64,000 bases of DNA from Candidatus Thorarchaeota archaeon. Its GTDB lineage: Archaea > Asgardarchaeota > Thorarchaeia > Thorarchaeales > Thorarchaeaceae. The number at the start of each line of letters is the position of its first letter. Within the stretch, counting starts at the first letter, position 1. The notes under the pieces are model-generated. The model was given only the letters and a program-made list of their open reading frames with translations, made no database searches and was not told where the DNA came from. The position numbers were made by a program, and so were the translations under genes. Where the stretch lies: NCBI GenBank assembly GCA_046482545.1, contig JAWOEX010000022.1, forward strand, positions 62,613 through 126,612, in the 5' to 3' direction. Of the stretch, positions 31,143-41,351 are shown piece by piece.

Positions 31143-31577
31143 CTATTCCTCCAGTTGCTGCATCTGAGCAACCAGTTGTCGAATCTGAACGTTGAGTGCC
31201 TCTGCCTGTGTGACTAGCTTCTCATATTGAGCGGATAGGGAACCAGCTCGCTCTTCCAATTGGGACAATGAATCTTCTACCGATGCCTTTGCTTCTTGGG
31301 CATCTTGCTCTATTCGAACACCGCTTCCGACATCACGTATTACAGTTTCAGCATCCAGCAAGCGAGCTCTTACAAATATGTTCCCTCCTATGTTCATCAA
31401 CATATCCTCGCCAGCATCCTTGTCTTCAATCTTCTTGAGGACTTCAAGACCCGCTCTGTAGTTCTGTAGATACGCCTGAAGCAGCTCTATACGCTCTTGT
31501 AGTGCATTGGCGTTCGACTCGGCCATTTGCTGTTGGGCATATAGCTGTTGCAGTTGTTCTTGCTTTTCTTGACTCAT
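31143..31577 (-). CDS. pfdA: Prefoldin alpha subunit
   Basis: Coiled coil, IGGNIFV, DVGSG; operon position. Confidence 0.9.
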   Translation of the reverse strand: MSQEKQEQLQQLYAQQQMAESNANALQERIELLQAYLQNYRAGLEVLKKIEDKDAGEDMLMNIGGNIFVRARLLDAETVIRDVGSGVRIEQDAQEAKASVEDSLSQLEERAGSLSAQYEKLVTQAEALNVQIRQLVAQMQQLEE

Positions 31578-31828
31578 TCGAATTCACTCTCGATTCCTAG
31601 TATCCTACGAATCTCCAGATCGGTGACTTCTTCAGATTCTATCTCTTCTATTTCCGCAAATTCGATGTTTCTTCTTTTCACCCTGTGTCGGCTACCCACC
31701 TCGGAGAGAATTTTCTCCTCTACGTGAGACGGTTTTGGGGCTATCACTTCTTTCTCAAAGCGAAATGTCCTGCCTTTCTTGTTGTATTTTCCTTTTGCAC
31801 GCCAAATTTTCGGACTCATTAGAATCAC
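31574..31828 (-). CDS. rpl18a: Ribosomal protein eL20 (L18Ae/LX)
   Basis: FEKEV, SEVGSRHRVKRRNI. Confidence 0.9.
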   Translation of the reverse strand: MILMSPKIWRAKGKYNKKGRTFRFEKEVIAPKPSHVEEKILSEVGSRHRVKRRNIEFAEIEEIESEEVTDLEIRRILGIESEFE

Positions 31829-31839
31829 CTTGTTCTATG

Positions 31840-32505
31840 CTATACGAAACCTAATACCTGACTCAAATGAGCCAGTTCGACACCAGTTGTATCAGAGCCT
31901 GTAATCATGCCGTCAGAGTTAGCTACTACACCTAGACTGGTATAAGGGCTCCCTCTGTTTACCGTCGCTACTTCAACATGCACTTTTAATATCTCGGATA
32001 TTTGCTGAATCTCTGATTCTGTGGCCAGCGGGTGTGTCACCGCCCCAACATTCGTTGCGGTAGTGGTAGCTCCAACTATGGGAAGACCAGCAGTTTTTCC
32101 TGCTACTACTTCCACATCCAGCACATCTTCCATTCTTTTTCTTGTTGAATCATGAAACTGAGGGTGACAAAGTGCACCCTTGTCATTACAGAGAATGACA
32201 TTACCCAAAGCTGTAATCTTGCTGTCAATCCATTCCACAGGAAGGTCTGTAGCCTCTCTGATTGTCTGCATCTCTTCGTCTGTAATAGTATAGGGAACCA
32301 GAATACCAGACGAATTCGCAGCTGTTACGAGCCCAACAGCGTCAATCGTGGCTACAGTTGACTGAATTAGTGGTAAGTTGAAAATACGCTCAATGGCATC
32401 CATTGACTTGGGCGACATATTTGGTGATGTGAAGACCATTCTGTCTGTGCTTATTCCAAAAGCACCGACGTTAGGATCGCCCTCAAAATTTAGCCGGGCG
32501 ATCAT
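31840..32505 (-). CDS. eif6: Translation initiation/anti-association factor aIF-6
   Basis: ALGNVILCNDKGA, TVNRG, ANSDG, TTGVE. Confidence 0.95.
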   Translation of the reverse strand: MIARLNFEGDPNVGAFGISTDRMVFTSPNMSPKSMDAIERIFNLPLIQSTVATIDAVGLVTAANSSGILVPYTITDEEMQTIREATDLPVEWIDSKITALGNVILCNDKGALCHPQFHDSTRKRMEDVLDVEVVAGKTAGLPIVGATTTATNVGAVTHPLATESEIQQISEILKVHVEVATVNRGSPYTSLGVVANSDGMITGSDTTGVELAHLSQVLGFV

Positions 32506-32511
32506 CTTGGA

Positions 32512-33018
32512 CTACCCCTCTGCAAGATACACTCGAACAAGATTCTCCGCATCTTTCGTTGCTCTAATTCTGACTTTTCTAGGCGGTTTCTCAATCCCAC
32601 GAGACCAAATCTTCTGGTTCACTTCTTGTTCAATGAGCAGGAATTCAGGCTTCATGTGCCGTTCAACAAACTGTTTGACTTCCTTGACTGCTCTATTTGC
32701 TCTCTTTCGTTTGCTACCGCTCCAGTACACTTTCCGCAAGGGAACAGTATAGATTCGCTCATCAATGATTTCTTCTTCCGGAAGTACTTCTTCCGTTGGT
32801 TCGAGCTCTTCTTCTATCTCGCCCTCAATCTCTTCAACTGGGGCCTCAATATCTTCGAGCCCTTTAATCTCGTCGAGGTCACCCATCTCTTCGTCTTCTA
32901 GGTCAAGACCTTCGATTTCTTCTAGCTCTTCATCTTCCAGCTCTTCTAATTCTTCTGCTTGGTCAGTTTCAGGTTCTTCTGGAACTTCATCTCCTGAAGT
33001 CTCTTCCGGTGGACTCAA
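32512..33018 (-). CDS. rpl31e: Ribosomal protein eL31 with long acidic N-terminal extension
   Basis: ERIYTVPL, RANRA, IWSRGIEKPP. Confidence 0.93.
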   Translation of the reverse strand: MSPPEETSGDEVPEEPETDQAEELEELEDEELEEIEGLDLEDEEMGDLDEIKGLEDIEAPVEEIEGEIEEELEPTEEVLPEEEIIDERIYTVPLRKVYWSGSKRKRANRAVKEVKQFVERHMKPEFLLIEQEVNQKIWSRGIEKPPRKVRIRATKDAENLVRVYLAEG

Positions 33019-33033
33019 TATCTACAACTCCTG

Positions 33034-33189
33034 TTACGGTTTCAGTTTAGTCCGTCGCCAATTCCGTTGAGCGGGTGTCCTTCGCACTTTTCCGTCCGTC
33101 TTAAGGACTACCCACGTAGGAACTGAGCTATTGGACTTCATTGCTTTTGCCATTCTCAGTTTCTTTCCAAGCGGTTTGTTTCTCGCCAT
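33034..33189 (-). CDS. rpl39e: Ribosomal protein eL39 (51 aa, absent from ORF track)
   Basis: [31 protein letters not shown]...RNWRRTKLK. Confidence 0.95.
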   Translation of the reverse strand: MARNKPLGKKLRMAKAMKSNSSVPTWVVLKTDGKVRRTPAQRNWRRTKLKP

Positions 33190-33212
33190 TCTGAAGCACC
33201 TTGATTATCATT

Positions 33213-33551
33213 TTATCTGAATTTGATTTTTCTCTCTCTTCCCTTGCCTTGGAGCTGTTTGAGAAGTGATTTGAGCTTCTCGTCGTCGATTCTGCCTTTC
33301 AGACGACCTGAGCTCGCAATCTGAATCAACTGCATTTCAATCTGCTCTGCAAATTGAGGCTTGACCAGTTTGATATTGGAGAGTCGTTCTCTTGCTTTCG
33401 GAGTGAGAATCTGTCTTAGGATTGCTTGTTTCTTTGCTTCAGCTTCAGCCATCTGTTCTTCGCGTGCCTGATCCTGTGCAGCTCGCTCCTTTAGAGCATT
33501 GAGTTTTTTCTGCCTAATTTCCTCAAGCTCATCATCACTCATTGTTTTCAC
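33213..33551 (-). CDS. PDCD5/TFAR19-family DNA-binding protein
   Basis: [25 protein letters not shown]. Confidence 0.92.
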   Translation of the reverse strand: MKTMSDDELEEIRQKKLNALKERAAQDQAREEQMAEAEAKKQAILRQILTPKARERLSNIKLVKPQFAEQIEMQLIQIASSGRLKGRIDDEKLKSLLKQLQGKGRERKIKFR

Positions 33552-33573
33552 CTTATATATGATTCATAAAAGA

Positions 33574-34026
33574 TTAGTAGTTCTCTAGTTCTGGAATTGC
33601 CTTTTCCAATTCCTTCTTCATGACCGACGATAGTTTGTCCAAGTAAGAATGACCCATACTGGTCACTACTCGTCCTTCTCCTTTCTTCGTCTTAATGAAA
33701 CCTGCTTCCTCAAGCTGCTGGAGCACATTCCTAATGATTGAACCACTACCTTTCCTGAACTTGTTAGGTCTGCTGCCATTTCTTTTCTTCCCGCCAAAGT
33801 GGATTCTTAGTTTTTCCGTGCCTATAGGCCCTTCAAGGTAGACTTTCCGCAGTACAGCCGCACATCGCGTATACCACCAATCTGAGTCATCTGGAGCTCT
33901 CTCCTTGTGTACCCCTGTCTTGACATAGTATGACCAATCAGGAGGGGCAATCTCATCTTTGGACTTAAGTTCCTCAGATAGTCTGTCTATGAGGACATTG
34001 GCGGGAATATCGTATACTGTAGGCAT
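33574..34026 (-). CDS. rps19e: Ribosomal protein eS19
   Basis: MPTVYD, VKTGVHKE, WWYTR, GSGSIIR. Confidence 0.95.
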   Translation of the reverse strand: MPTVYDIPANVLIDRLSEELKSKDEIAPPDWSYYVKTGVHKERAPDDSDWWYTRCAAVLRKVYLEGPIGTEKLRIHFGGKKRNGSRPNKFRKGSGSIIRNVLQQLEEAGFIKTKKGEGRVVTSMGHSYLDKLSSVMKKELEKAIPELENY

Positions 34027-34127
34027 TTTTCTTTCTCCATTTGATTTGAGGGGCACCGCATCCTAGCTGGGACGATGGGCTAACTCAAAAGCCTGAAATC
34101 GCAACCCTAGAGTGCAAATAAAAGCTT

Positions 34128-34415
34128 TTACTTTCGACTCTTGTACAACAGGGCTGTATGACCTCTCGTACCTACGAGAGTAGCGCCAGTGCGTTCACAA
34201 AGGCCCTTGAGCATTTCTTTTTGAGATTCGACCTGTGCACGTGCACTCCGGAGCAACCGCAGCTTGACGTATTCGTGGCTCTTCAGCAACCTCTTTGCTT
34301 CCTTTACAACTCCTTCTGATAGGCCTGATTTTCCTATCTGAAGTAAGGCTGGTTCTTGCCAAGCCAAGCCAATTGAATACTCGTCCGGTGCCTTCTGGTT
34401 GTTCATTACCATCAT
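34128..34415 (-). CDS. YhbY/CRM RNA-binding protein
   Basis: IGKSG, HEYVK, RGHT. Confidence 0.85.
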   Translation of the reverse strand: MMVMNNQKAPDEYSIGLAWQEPALLQIGKSGLSEGVVKEAKRLLKSHEYVKLRLLRSARAQVESQKEMLKGLCERTGATLVGTRGHTALLYKSRK

Positions 34416-34439
34416 ATAATCAGGCTTCCTGTGCCCTGA

Positions 34440-34763
34440 TTAAGGTTGGTTTGTGACCGGAACGCGTCTGATACACCCACAATGCAAACAGGTCACCGTT
34501 AGATGCGTGCTACGATTACTTCTCATGCGAAAACGTACATTTCTGCCAGGAATCAAGACTGAATTACATTCCTTACAGATTCGTCTCGTAATTTCTTTTG
34601 GGAGACTTATTCTTGCCTTTTGCGCGATTCTCTTAATCGTCCTAATGTACTCCCTTGCCACTCTGGGGCTCTCCGTTGCTATCTCCTTAGCCTGCTTCCA
34701 AAGAATTTGAATTCTGGCCTTCGCAAGCCGTCTCAACTGACCCCTAGATATTCGCCTTCCCAT
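34440..34763 (-). CDS. rnp4: RNase P protein Rpp21 (Rnp4)
   Basis: ARI..L, ICKEC..LIPG, CLHCG..RR. Confidence 0.9.
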   Translation of the reverse strand: MGRRISRGQLRRLAKARIQILWKQAKEIATESPRVAREYIRTIKRIAQKARISLPKEITRRICKECNSVLIPGRNVRFRMRSNRSTHLTVTCLHCGCIRRVPVTNQP

Positions 34764-34840
34764 GAATATCTCACAATCCACGTAGCAGATGCTTTGGTAT
34801 CGCTTAAAACGTTCGTAATGTATACTATGCTAGAAAGACA

Positions 34841-35557
34841 ATGCTTCACCTGATACTGTTGGAGAGTGCGATCGAACTCGTTCCAAGTAGACTCACAGCA
34901 CTGAAGGATGTTCAAAGCTATGCTGGAAAGAGAGGGAAGAAACCAGATGAGGTTCTGCTTGATCAGAGCTATCATGGACGAGTCATGACCAGATTACCAA
35001 ACCACGAAAAACGGGGGCGGCCGGATATCACTTTTCTCACTCTTCTTTCAGTACTTGAAACACCTCTATGCAAGGAGGGGCTTCTCTCAGTGCATATCCA
35101 TCTACAGGATGGGCGAGTCATAGAGGTGGATCCCAGTGTTCGTTTACCACGTAACTATGACCGATTCATTGGATTGATGGAGCAGCTACTGGTCAAGGGA
35201 CAGGTTCCTCCAAAGGGTGATCCCTTGCTGAAAATCACACGTTCCAGCATTGAAGAAATTCTCCGTGATTTTAGAGGCGATGGCTCCATTTCAATCGTGG
35301 CGGAGGAAGGCGGTGAGCAGATGACCTCTGAAAGATTGAAAGCAATGATTCCAGAAAACCCGCCCAAATCGGTGATATTCGGCGTTGGGGCATTCCCTCA
35401 TGGTGACCTGACTGAAGAAATACTACAATTGTTTGACACCAGGATTAGCCTAGATACCGATGTCATGATGGCGTGGCATGTATGTTCAATGATGCTGTGG
35501 TTCTACAGTCAAAGAATCGGGTTGGCACAACGGCGCTTGGAGTCCCCCTCGGTTTGA
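34841..35557 (+). CDS. nep1: 16S rRNA pseudouridine N1-methyltransferase Nep1/Emg1
   Basis: RGRPDI, RLPRNYDRFIGLMEQL, GAFPHG. Confidence 0.95.
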   Translation: MLHLILLESAIELVPSRLTALKDVQSYAGKRGKKPDEVLLDQSYHGRVMTRLPNHEKRGRPDITFLTLLSVLETPLCKEGLLSVHIHLQDGRVIEVDPSVRLPRNYDRFIGLMEQLLVKGQVPPKGDPLLKITRSSIEEILRDFRGDGSISIVAEEGGEQMTSERLKAMIPENPPKSVIFGVGAFPHGDLTEEILQLFDTRISLDTDVMMAWHVCSMMLWFYSQRIGLAQRRLESPSV

Positions 35558-35679
35558 ATCTACTCTACTGATAGTAAACCACGCGGCTTCGAATTCTGTC
35601 GAAGCACTGCAGTACATACTCGGGATGCTTATAACCCCCTGCTAGGCTTATCTTTTCTACTAGGGAGACCTGAATCAAA

Positions 35680-36543
35680 TTGTGCCAGTGGTGCTTCAAA
35701 CACGGCGCGGGAAAAAAGTGGTACCTCAACGCCGCGAACTACTCTGAGAAACTGGGCGAACAAATGAAGCCCTACCTCGAAGAGCAATGGAAATACATGG
35801 AACAGCTATTCATTCGCAAGATTATGGGTTTCAATTCAGTTGGACTTGGATACAAGATGCAGATGCCCATAATTGGTCGGATTGTGCGAGCAGCAGCAGA
35901 GCGGCAGATTCACAATGAATCACATGACCGGAACCCTATTCGTGGTGACGGCCACTTCGGACAAGTTATTCCTCTGGAAGATGCACAACACATTCTGGGA
36001 AACTTGGCTGCGCCGACAATCATCAAGAACTACTGTGTCTGTCGGTATATGCAGCGAGGGGTAAAAGATGCTGTGTGCATCAATTTTGGTTCCTTGAGTG
36101 AGATTATACCAAAGCTTGATAGATATATTCCGGTTGATGAGAAGTGGCAACTTGATCGTGAGGAAGCCATCCAGGCCCTTGAAGAGCAAAACAAGAAAGG
36201 CTATGTAGCATCAGTCTGGTTCCAGCCAGTACCCTACATCAATGCAATTTGCTCTTGTGAGACTCCTGAATGTGGTGGATTACGTCTACGAAATGACTTT
36301 GGCCTCAATGCAGTCTACAAGGCCGAGTACGTCATCAGTATCGATCCAGACTTGTGTGAAGGCTGCGGTCAATGTGTCAAGATGTGCCAGTTCAATGCTC
36401 TAAGATATCTACCCTCAATAGACCGAGTCATAGTTGATTTGGATAAGTGCTTTGGCTGTGGAGTATGCAGACACGCCTGTAACTTTGATGCCCTGAAGCT
36501 GGTGCCCAGAGAAGAGGTACCCGGCCAAGCAGGAAACTACTGA
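35680..36543 (+). CDS. Fe-S protein with C-terminal 2[4Fe-4S] ferredoxin domain
   Basis: CQWC, CVCR, ICSC...C, and two CxxCxxCxxxC motifs. Confidence 0.85.
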   Translation: MCQWCFKHGAGKKWYLNAANYSEKLGEQMKPYLEEQWKYMEQLFIRKIMGFNSVGLGYKMQMPIIGRIVRAAAERQIHNESHDRNPIRGDGHFGQVIPLEDAQHILGNLAAPTIIKNYCVCRYMQRGVKDAVCINFGSLSEIIPKLDRYIPVDEKWQLDREEAIQALEEQNKKGYVASVWFQPVPYINAICSCETPECGGLRLRNDFGLNAVYKAEYVISIDPDLCEGCGQCVKMCQFNALRYLPSIDRVIVDLDKCFGCGVCRHACNFDALKLVPREEVPGQAGNY

Positions 36544-36556
36544 AGGGGGAAAGAAA

Positions 36557-36847
36557 ATGCCGAAAACAGAAATCACGATTGACTACAACAAATGTGGCTA
36601 CGAAGAAGGGGTCAATGTTGACCCACGGGAATGCAGGAAGTGTCTGCGAATATGTGACCCAGCAGTATTCTTGATGCACCCTACACTTGAAAAGCATCCC
36701 GATCCCTATAATCCAGAGCGATGGAAGATTACCCCTGTCTGGCCTTCACTATGCATGGGTTGTATGAAATGTGTTGAAGTTTGCCCCGAGAATGCAATCA
36801 CCGTCAAACCAGGCGAATCGCTTCACATGATGAGGCAAGAATATTAG
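36557..36847 (+). CDS. Ferredoxin
   Basis: CRKCLRIC, CMGCMKCVEVCP. Confidence 0.85.
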   Translation: MPKTEITIDYNKCGYEEGVNVDPRECRKCLRICDPAVFLMHPTLEKHPDPYNPERWKITPVWPSLCMGCMKCVEVCPENAITVKPGESLHMMRQEY

Positions 36848-37833
36848 AATGTTGTAATTGGTCTGCTTTGCACCACAGCTAAGTTGCTATCTTTAAGACA
36901 CCACTCAATATCTTGAGCTCTTCCAAAACACCGCTCAATCTGAAGTCCTACTTGAGCAATATTCCTTATTTCCCTATCAGTCAGTGAATGTGCTTCCTTC
37001 TTTGTTTGGGGTGTTTCAATAACCTTGGTATATCCACCAGAGTCAGAAATGCCGGGAACACTCATCCTTTTTTTGGAGCCGAGCCTTCGCTCCATTACTT
37101 CCAGATTCTCTTTTCCAACTACATACGTGTCAGGGACAACTTGCCCTGAAACCAGAGTTTCACCAAGCCCCCACGTAGCGTTCAGTACAAGCTGGTCAGT
37201 GTTCTTAGACACCACGTTTACCGTGAACATCACGCCTGATACTTCGGCGGGAATCACTTCTTGAATTATTGTAGCCATTTTTGCTTTAGACAGAGGTACA
37301 CTATTGTCGCGCAGATAGAACACAGCTTGTGGTGTGAAAGCTGATGCCCAAACCCCCTTGATGCATTTCAGAACATCAACCTGATTTGACACACAGAGAA
37401 AGCTTCGGGCTTGACCTGCAAAAGAAAAATCATTTCTATCTTCGACAGTTGCGGAAGACCGAACAGCAAAGCTTGGATTTTCTAGCTCGGAATTTTTTTG
37501 CAAATCCGCATATGTATCGAGAATCATGGAGCGGGTCTGCTTTGGAATCTCCATATTCTCAACGATTCTCTGTAGCCTAGAAGTATGGGCCAGTATATCA
37601 TTAAGATCCTTTGAATTGTTGATGGCTTTGATTATTTGTTTGACCTTTGGATTTGAGCTGACTGCGTCAGTGAACACCTCACATGAAACCGAAAACCCTC
37701 GAGGCACATTCACCCCGATTTCATGAAGACGAGCGAGATTTGTGGCCTTCCCTCCATGCATCTGGATATCGGAACCGGAAATTCTGCTGATGGGCGTAAT
37801 CCCCCCGATTTCTCGTCTACGGTTGTTTTCCAT
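36844..37833 (-). CDS. Stand-alone PEP synthase/PPDK N-terminal ATP-grasp domain
   Basis: GGKA, AVRSSA..ED...SFAGQ, SGVMFT, WGLGE.LVSG, QDIEW, QSRPIT; ends without His or PEP-binding domains. Confidence 0.9.
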   Translation of the reverse strand: MENNRRREIGGITPISRISGSDIQMHGGKATNLARLHEIGVNVPRGFSVSCEVFTDAVSSNPKVKQIIKAINNSKDLNDILAHTSRLQRIVENMEIPKQTRSMILDTYADLQKNSELENPSFAVRSSATVEDRNDFSFAGQARSFLCVSNQVDVLKCIKGVWASAFTPQAVFYLRDNSVPLSKAKMATIIQEVIPAEVSGVMFTVNVVSKNTDQLVLNATWGLGETLVSGQVVPDTYVVGKENLEVMERRLGSKKRMSVPGISDSGGYTKVIETPQTKKEAHSLTDREIRNIAQVGLQIERCFGRAQDIEWCLKDSNLAVVQSRPITTF

Positions 37834-37887
37834 AATTTCCTACAACTCTTTCCGGTCTGGTATTGATGTCCCAGTGAACAACTCCGA

Positions 37888-38247
37888 TTAATCCAGCGAC
37901 ATTAATGTACCAGATGTGCCGCCATCTGGTTGAATTAGTACACGTGATTTATCTAACGTCTCAGGATTTTCCAGTTCAAGTCCCATCAGTGCAGGTATGT
38001 CAAACTCTCTCGTCACTATGGCGAGGTGGGAACCAAGACCTCCTGATGTGCATACAACTCCACCAAGCTTGGAAAGTACAGGTGATAGCGTCGTTGTTCC
38101 AGCATCATCGACAAGAGCAATTTTGCCTTCCGCCCCTTCTTTCCAGAGTTCTACAACTTCTTGTACGGACGTAATGTATCGTATCTCGCCTTCGGCTCGA
38201 ACTTCAAGTGATATCTGGCCTTTTCCGATTTCTTTCACTGTTAGCAC
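37888..38247 (-). CDS. Stand-alone PEP-utilising phospho-His swivel (mobile) domain
   Basis: TSGGLGSHLAIVTREFDIPA. Confidence 0.88.
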   Translation of the reverse strand: MLTVKEIGKGQISLEVRAEGEIRYITSVQEVVELWKEGAEGKIALVDDAGTTTLSPVLSKLGGVVCTSGGLGSHLAIVTREFDIPALMGLELENPETLDKSRVLIQPDGGTSGTLMSLD

Positions 38248-38456
38248 ACCATCCTGAGTATCGGCTTTCCGATTTTCGGTTGCTATTCACTAAAAAGAGT
38301 GATGACCGAAAATGGGGCTATTCTCGCTCAAACACTAAGACCGAAGGTGAAATAGAATCTTGACGAAGCACTAGAAAACATCCCGTATAACGTTTAATAG
38401 CTCGGAAAGACCGCCCTAGAATCCTGTATACGCTCTTCCCTACAAGGTGAAAGATA

Positions 38457-39614
38457 GTGAAAATCCAGAAGATAAACTCCTTAATACGACACATATCAAA
38501 TGTTTTTGGGAATGTGTTAGCTGAGCGCGGTCTCTTAGAATCGAAGCTCTTCCCCATTTCAGAATATATCAGCTTGTCTTGTTATCATTGCTATTACAAT
38601 CAGTATGAACTGATGAAACGTGTATTTTCTGAAGTTTCTCCAGAAGAACTGGCGAAAAGGAGCAAAAGACTATTGTCGGATATTCACGCGTTAAGCATCA
38701 CCTACTGCTGGCTATACTGGTCGCTCGGCAGAATGGGAATGATTTTCAACGAATATGGTAGTGACCCCGCCCAAGAATCCGAGGAGAAGCAGGACCAATG
38801 GAAATGGATGTTGGAAACTTGGTACCGCCTTGCTACCAGCTACTTCAATACTGGAGAACCTACTGTTGCAAAATCAGGTTATCGCAATCTGGCATTTGAA
38901 CAAGATACAATCGACTGGTTGTTAGCGAACCGACAATCGGTCAATGAAAAGCAGACTAAATCCGTTCGAAGAGCACTTGGATCTGTTGACCTGTATGCTT
39001 TCATAGATGAGTGTGATGCCAGGGCGAAGCTCATCGACCATGGTCCTTATCCTGTAGATGAAAACGAGATCCTTGTTGTATCAGAATACACCCGACTTCA
39101 TGATGGAAATGGAGACTCATGGCTACCTTGGTCTGATACCGAATCTGAGCTTCCTACGTCTTCTCTTGGGGTTGCAATGACCCTAAGAGATGTAGGCACC
39201 ACCTTCAATGATGTTGGTACAATGAGTATCGAACCGAGTAACTATTCTGGTCATGTAACTGGTATAACTGCATATACCCAAAAGAACGCCAAGATAGTCC
39301 TGTTGGACTTGGATGATCTATCTGAATATGCCGAAGCCGCCGATGCGGCCCAAACCGAACTTTACATAAAATTCGCTGAATGGGAAAAGAAGGAGCTCAT
39401 GCTTGCTGGTGCTATGGCATACTGGAGAGGTTTGGCTAGGTATACTGATGCCGTAGGCATTACTGATGAATTCGAATGGACAATCTCTGACAAAGTACAA
39501 GAGAAATACATTCCCTTCTTTATGGAAAATGATGCTGACCCTGCATTCATTCGATTTGGCAGGTTCGATGAAGAAATGGAGGAGGACCCCACACTCTATC
39601 TCCTCCCCGAATGA
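38457..39614 (+). CDS. Hypothetical protein (candidate substrate-binding subunit of the split kinase)
   Basis: Long ORF divergent from the His-domain gene; no motif recognised. Confidence 0.6.
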   Translation: MKIQKINSLIRHISNVFGNVLAERGLLESKLFPISEYISLSCYHCYYNQYELMKRVFSEVSPEELAKRSKRLLSDIHALSITYCWLYWSLGRMGMIFNEYGSDPAQESEEKQDQWKWMLETWYRLATSYFNTGEPTVAKSGYRNLAFEQDTIDWLLANRQSVNEKQTKSVRRALGSVDLYAFIDECDARAKLIDHGPYPVDENEILVVSEYTRLHDGNGDSWLPWSDTESELPTSSLGVAMTLRDVGTTFNDVGTMSIEPSNYSGHVTGITAYTQKNAKIVLLDLDDLSEYAEAADAAQTELYIKFAEWEKKELMLAGAMAYWRGLARYTDAVGITDEFEWTISDKVQEKYIPFFMENDADPAFIRFGRFDEEMEEDPTLYLLPE

Positions 39615-39638
39615 CATTGAAAACGGAGTGCTATTGAT

Positions 39639-40532
39639 ATGAATTCAGTAAGCAAAGATGACGAGTTTCTGCATGAAGCTGGCGACCGAGACGATTGGCG
39701 AGAAAGCTACTACTTCAACTGGGTGGATTCTCAATCAAAGATATCTGGATTTAGTACGATTGGCCTTCTCCCGAATCTGAAGAAACGGGAGATTGTGTTT
39801 GTTCTCTTCTATGATGATAAGCGCGAGGTCTACTTCTTGGAACCAGAGGGAGAAATTGTAGATGAAGTTGATGAGGGCATTGGAGATTCTATTCTATCCT
39901 ATGATCTCATCAATCCACTCAAAAAATGGCTCTTATCCTATAATCGGGGAGATATTTCTGTTGAACTTTCTTGGGAAGGCCGTTTTCCCTGCTATGATTT
40001 TGGTACGGGAAGTGGAACTTCTTGGGAGGGCCATTTCGAACAGTCCGGAAAAGTAAGTGGACGAGTTCATTTACCCGATGGCCGTGAATTGAATGTCCAG
40101 GGATATGGTGAGCGCGACAAAAGCTGGGGATACCGAAACTGGCACATTGATGCTTGGTATGCTTTTCATGCTCAATTCAAAAATTTCTCCATCGGTCTTA
40201 GGAGGGATTTTGTTGATGGCGAGTTCTATTCATCTGGTGCTATTTCAAATGAAGATGGTCATGTTCCTATCAAAAAGGTAGAGCTTGAGACAGAATATCT
40301 TGAGAGTCAGAATGGAGTGCCGTTTGGAGCGGTGACTGTTATTCATGGTTCTGACGGCAGTATCTATGAAATGAAATCTCGAACTCTTTCTCAGAACAGC
40401 TTTATCCGTTTTGAACGCGATTTTAGCAAGGGGAAGACTGAGCTATTTGAAAACATGGCTCTTCACAGGAACACACAAACAAATGAGGAAGGTACTGGCC
40501 TTTTGGAATGGCTGTTCACTCATCCCGAATAA
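39639..40532 (+). CDS. AttH/tocopherol-cyclase-like beta-barrel protein
   Basis: WRESYYFN, HFEQ, GYGERDKSWG.RNW. Confidence 0.6.
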   Translation: MNSVSKDDEFLHEAGDRDDWRESYYFNWVDSQSKISGFSTIGLLPNLKKREIVFVLFYDDKREVYFLEPEGEIVDEVDEGIGDSILSYDLINPLKKWLLSYNRGDISVELSWEGRFPCYDFGTGSGTSWEGHFEQSGKVSGRVHLPDGRELNVQGYGERDKSWGYRNWHIDAWYAFHAQFKNFSIGLRRDFVDGEFYSSGAISNEDGHVPIKKVELETEYLESQNGVPFGAVTVIHGSDGSIYEMKSRTLSQNSFIRFERDFSKGKTELFENMALHRNTQTNEEGTGLLEWLFTHPE

Positions 40533-40606
40533 TCTTCCATCTCTATTTCGGAAATGACCAACTACAAATTTGATTGGTTGTTTCATATAGGAATGGTGGA
40601 TAAGAA

Positions 40607-41074
40607 ATGAGGGTCTACCTAGTTCAACACGCACAAGCACTATCTGAGGAAGAGGACAAATCTCGTCCGTTGTCAAACGAAGGTGAAGAAAATATTTCCA
40701 GAATGGCCAACTATGCTGAGCAACAATTGAACCTCTCAGTCGATCAGATTCTTCACAGTGGAAAGACACGAGCAAAACAAACAGCTGACGCCCTAGCAAA
40801 GAAACTGAAACCTCCTGAAGGTGTAACACAGGGTAAAGGTCTGAGCCCACTTGATGATCCACATAAATGGGGTGAACACATTCAGGAGGCAAATCGCGTC
40901 CTAATGCTAGTGGGTCATTTACCTCACTTAAGCCGATTGGCTAGCTTTCTTGTATGTGGCAAAGAAGTTGACGAAGTGATATCTGTCCAAAATGCTGGAC
41001 TCAATTGCTTAGAGAAAACTGAAGACGGTACGTGGGTTGTTCGATATGTGATAACACCCGATATGCTTCCATAA
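40607..41074 (+). CDS. sixA: Phosphohistidine phosphatase SixA
   Basis: YLVQHA, RPLS..G, HSGKTRA.QTA, LVGHLPHL. Confidence 0.85.
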   Translation: MRVYLVQHAQALSEEEDKSRPLSNEGEENISRMANYAEQQLNLSVDQILHSGKTRAKQTADALAKKLKPPEGVTQGKGLSPLDDPHKWGEHIQEANRVLMLVGHLPHLSRLASFLVCGKEVDEVISVQNAGLNCLEKTEDGTWVVRYVITPDMLP

Positions 41075-41351
41075 CTAGAAGCGTGACAGAGATGTTGCAT
41101 TGATTCTTTGTTGTTGTATGGGGTTGGTATACCGGTCTGTTCAGTATCATAGATAATCACTCGAAACCATTTTGAAGGGGCATGTATGTGAAACCATGCC
41201 CAATCCATTAATCACTCATGAATCTGGTCTCACACTCATAGAGAAGAGTCGTTATTAGTTGTATTTTTACTACATACTCTTTGCTTTTCTGATTATTTCG
41301 AGCTTGACTCCGCATCTTGCACACCTAGAAATATTTATATATGTGTACGAC

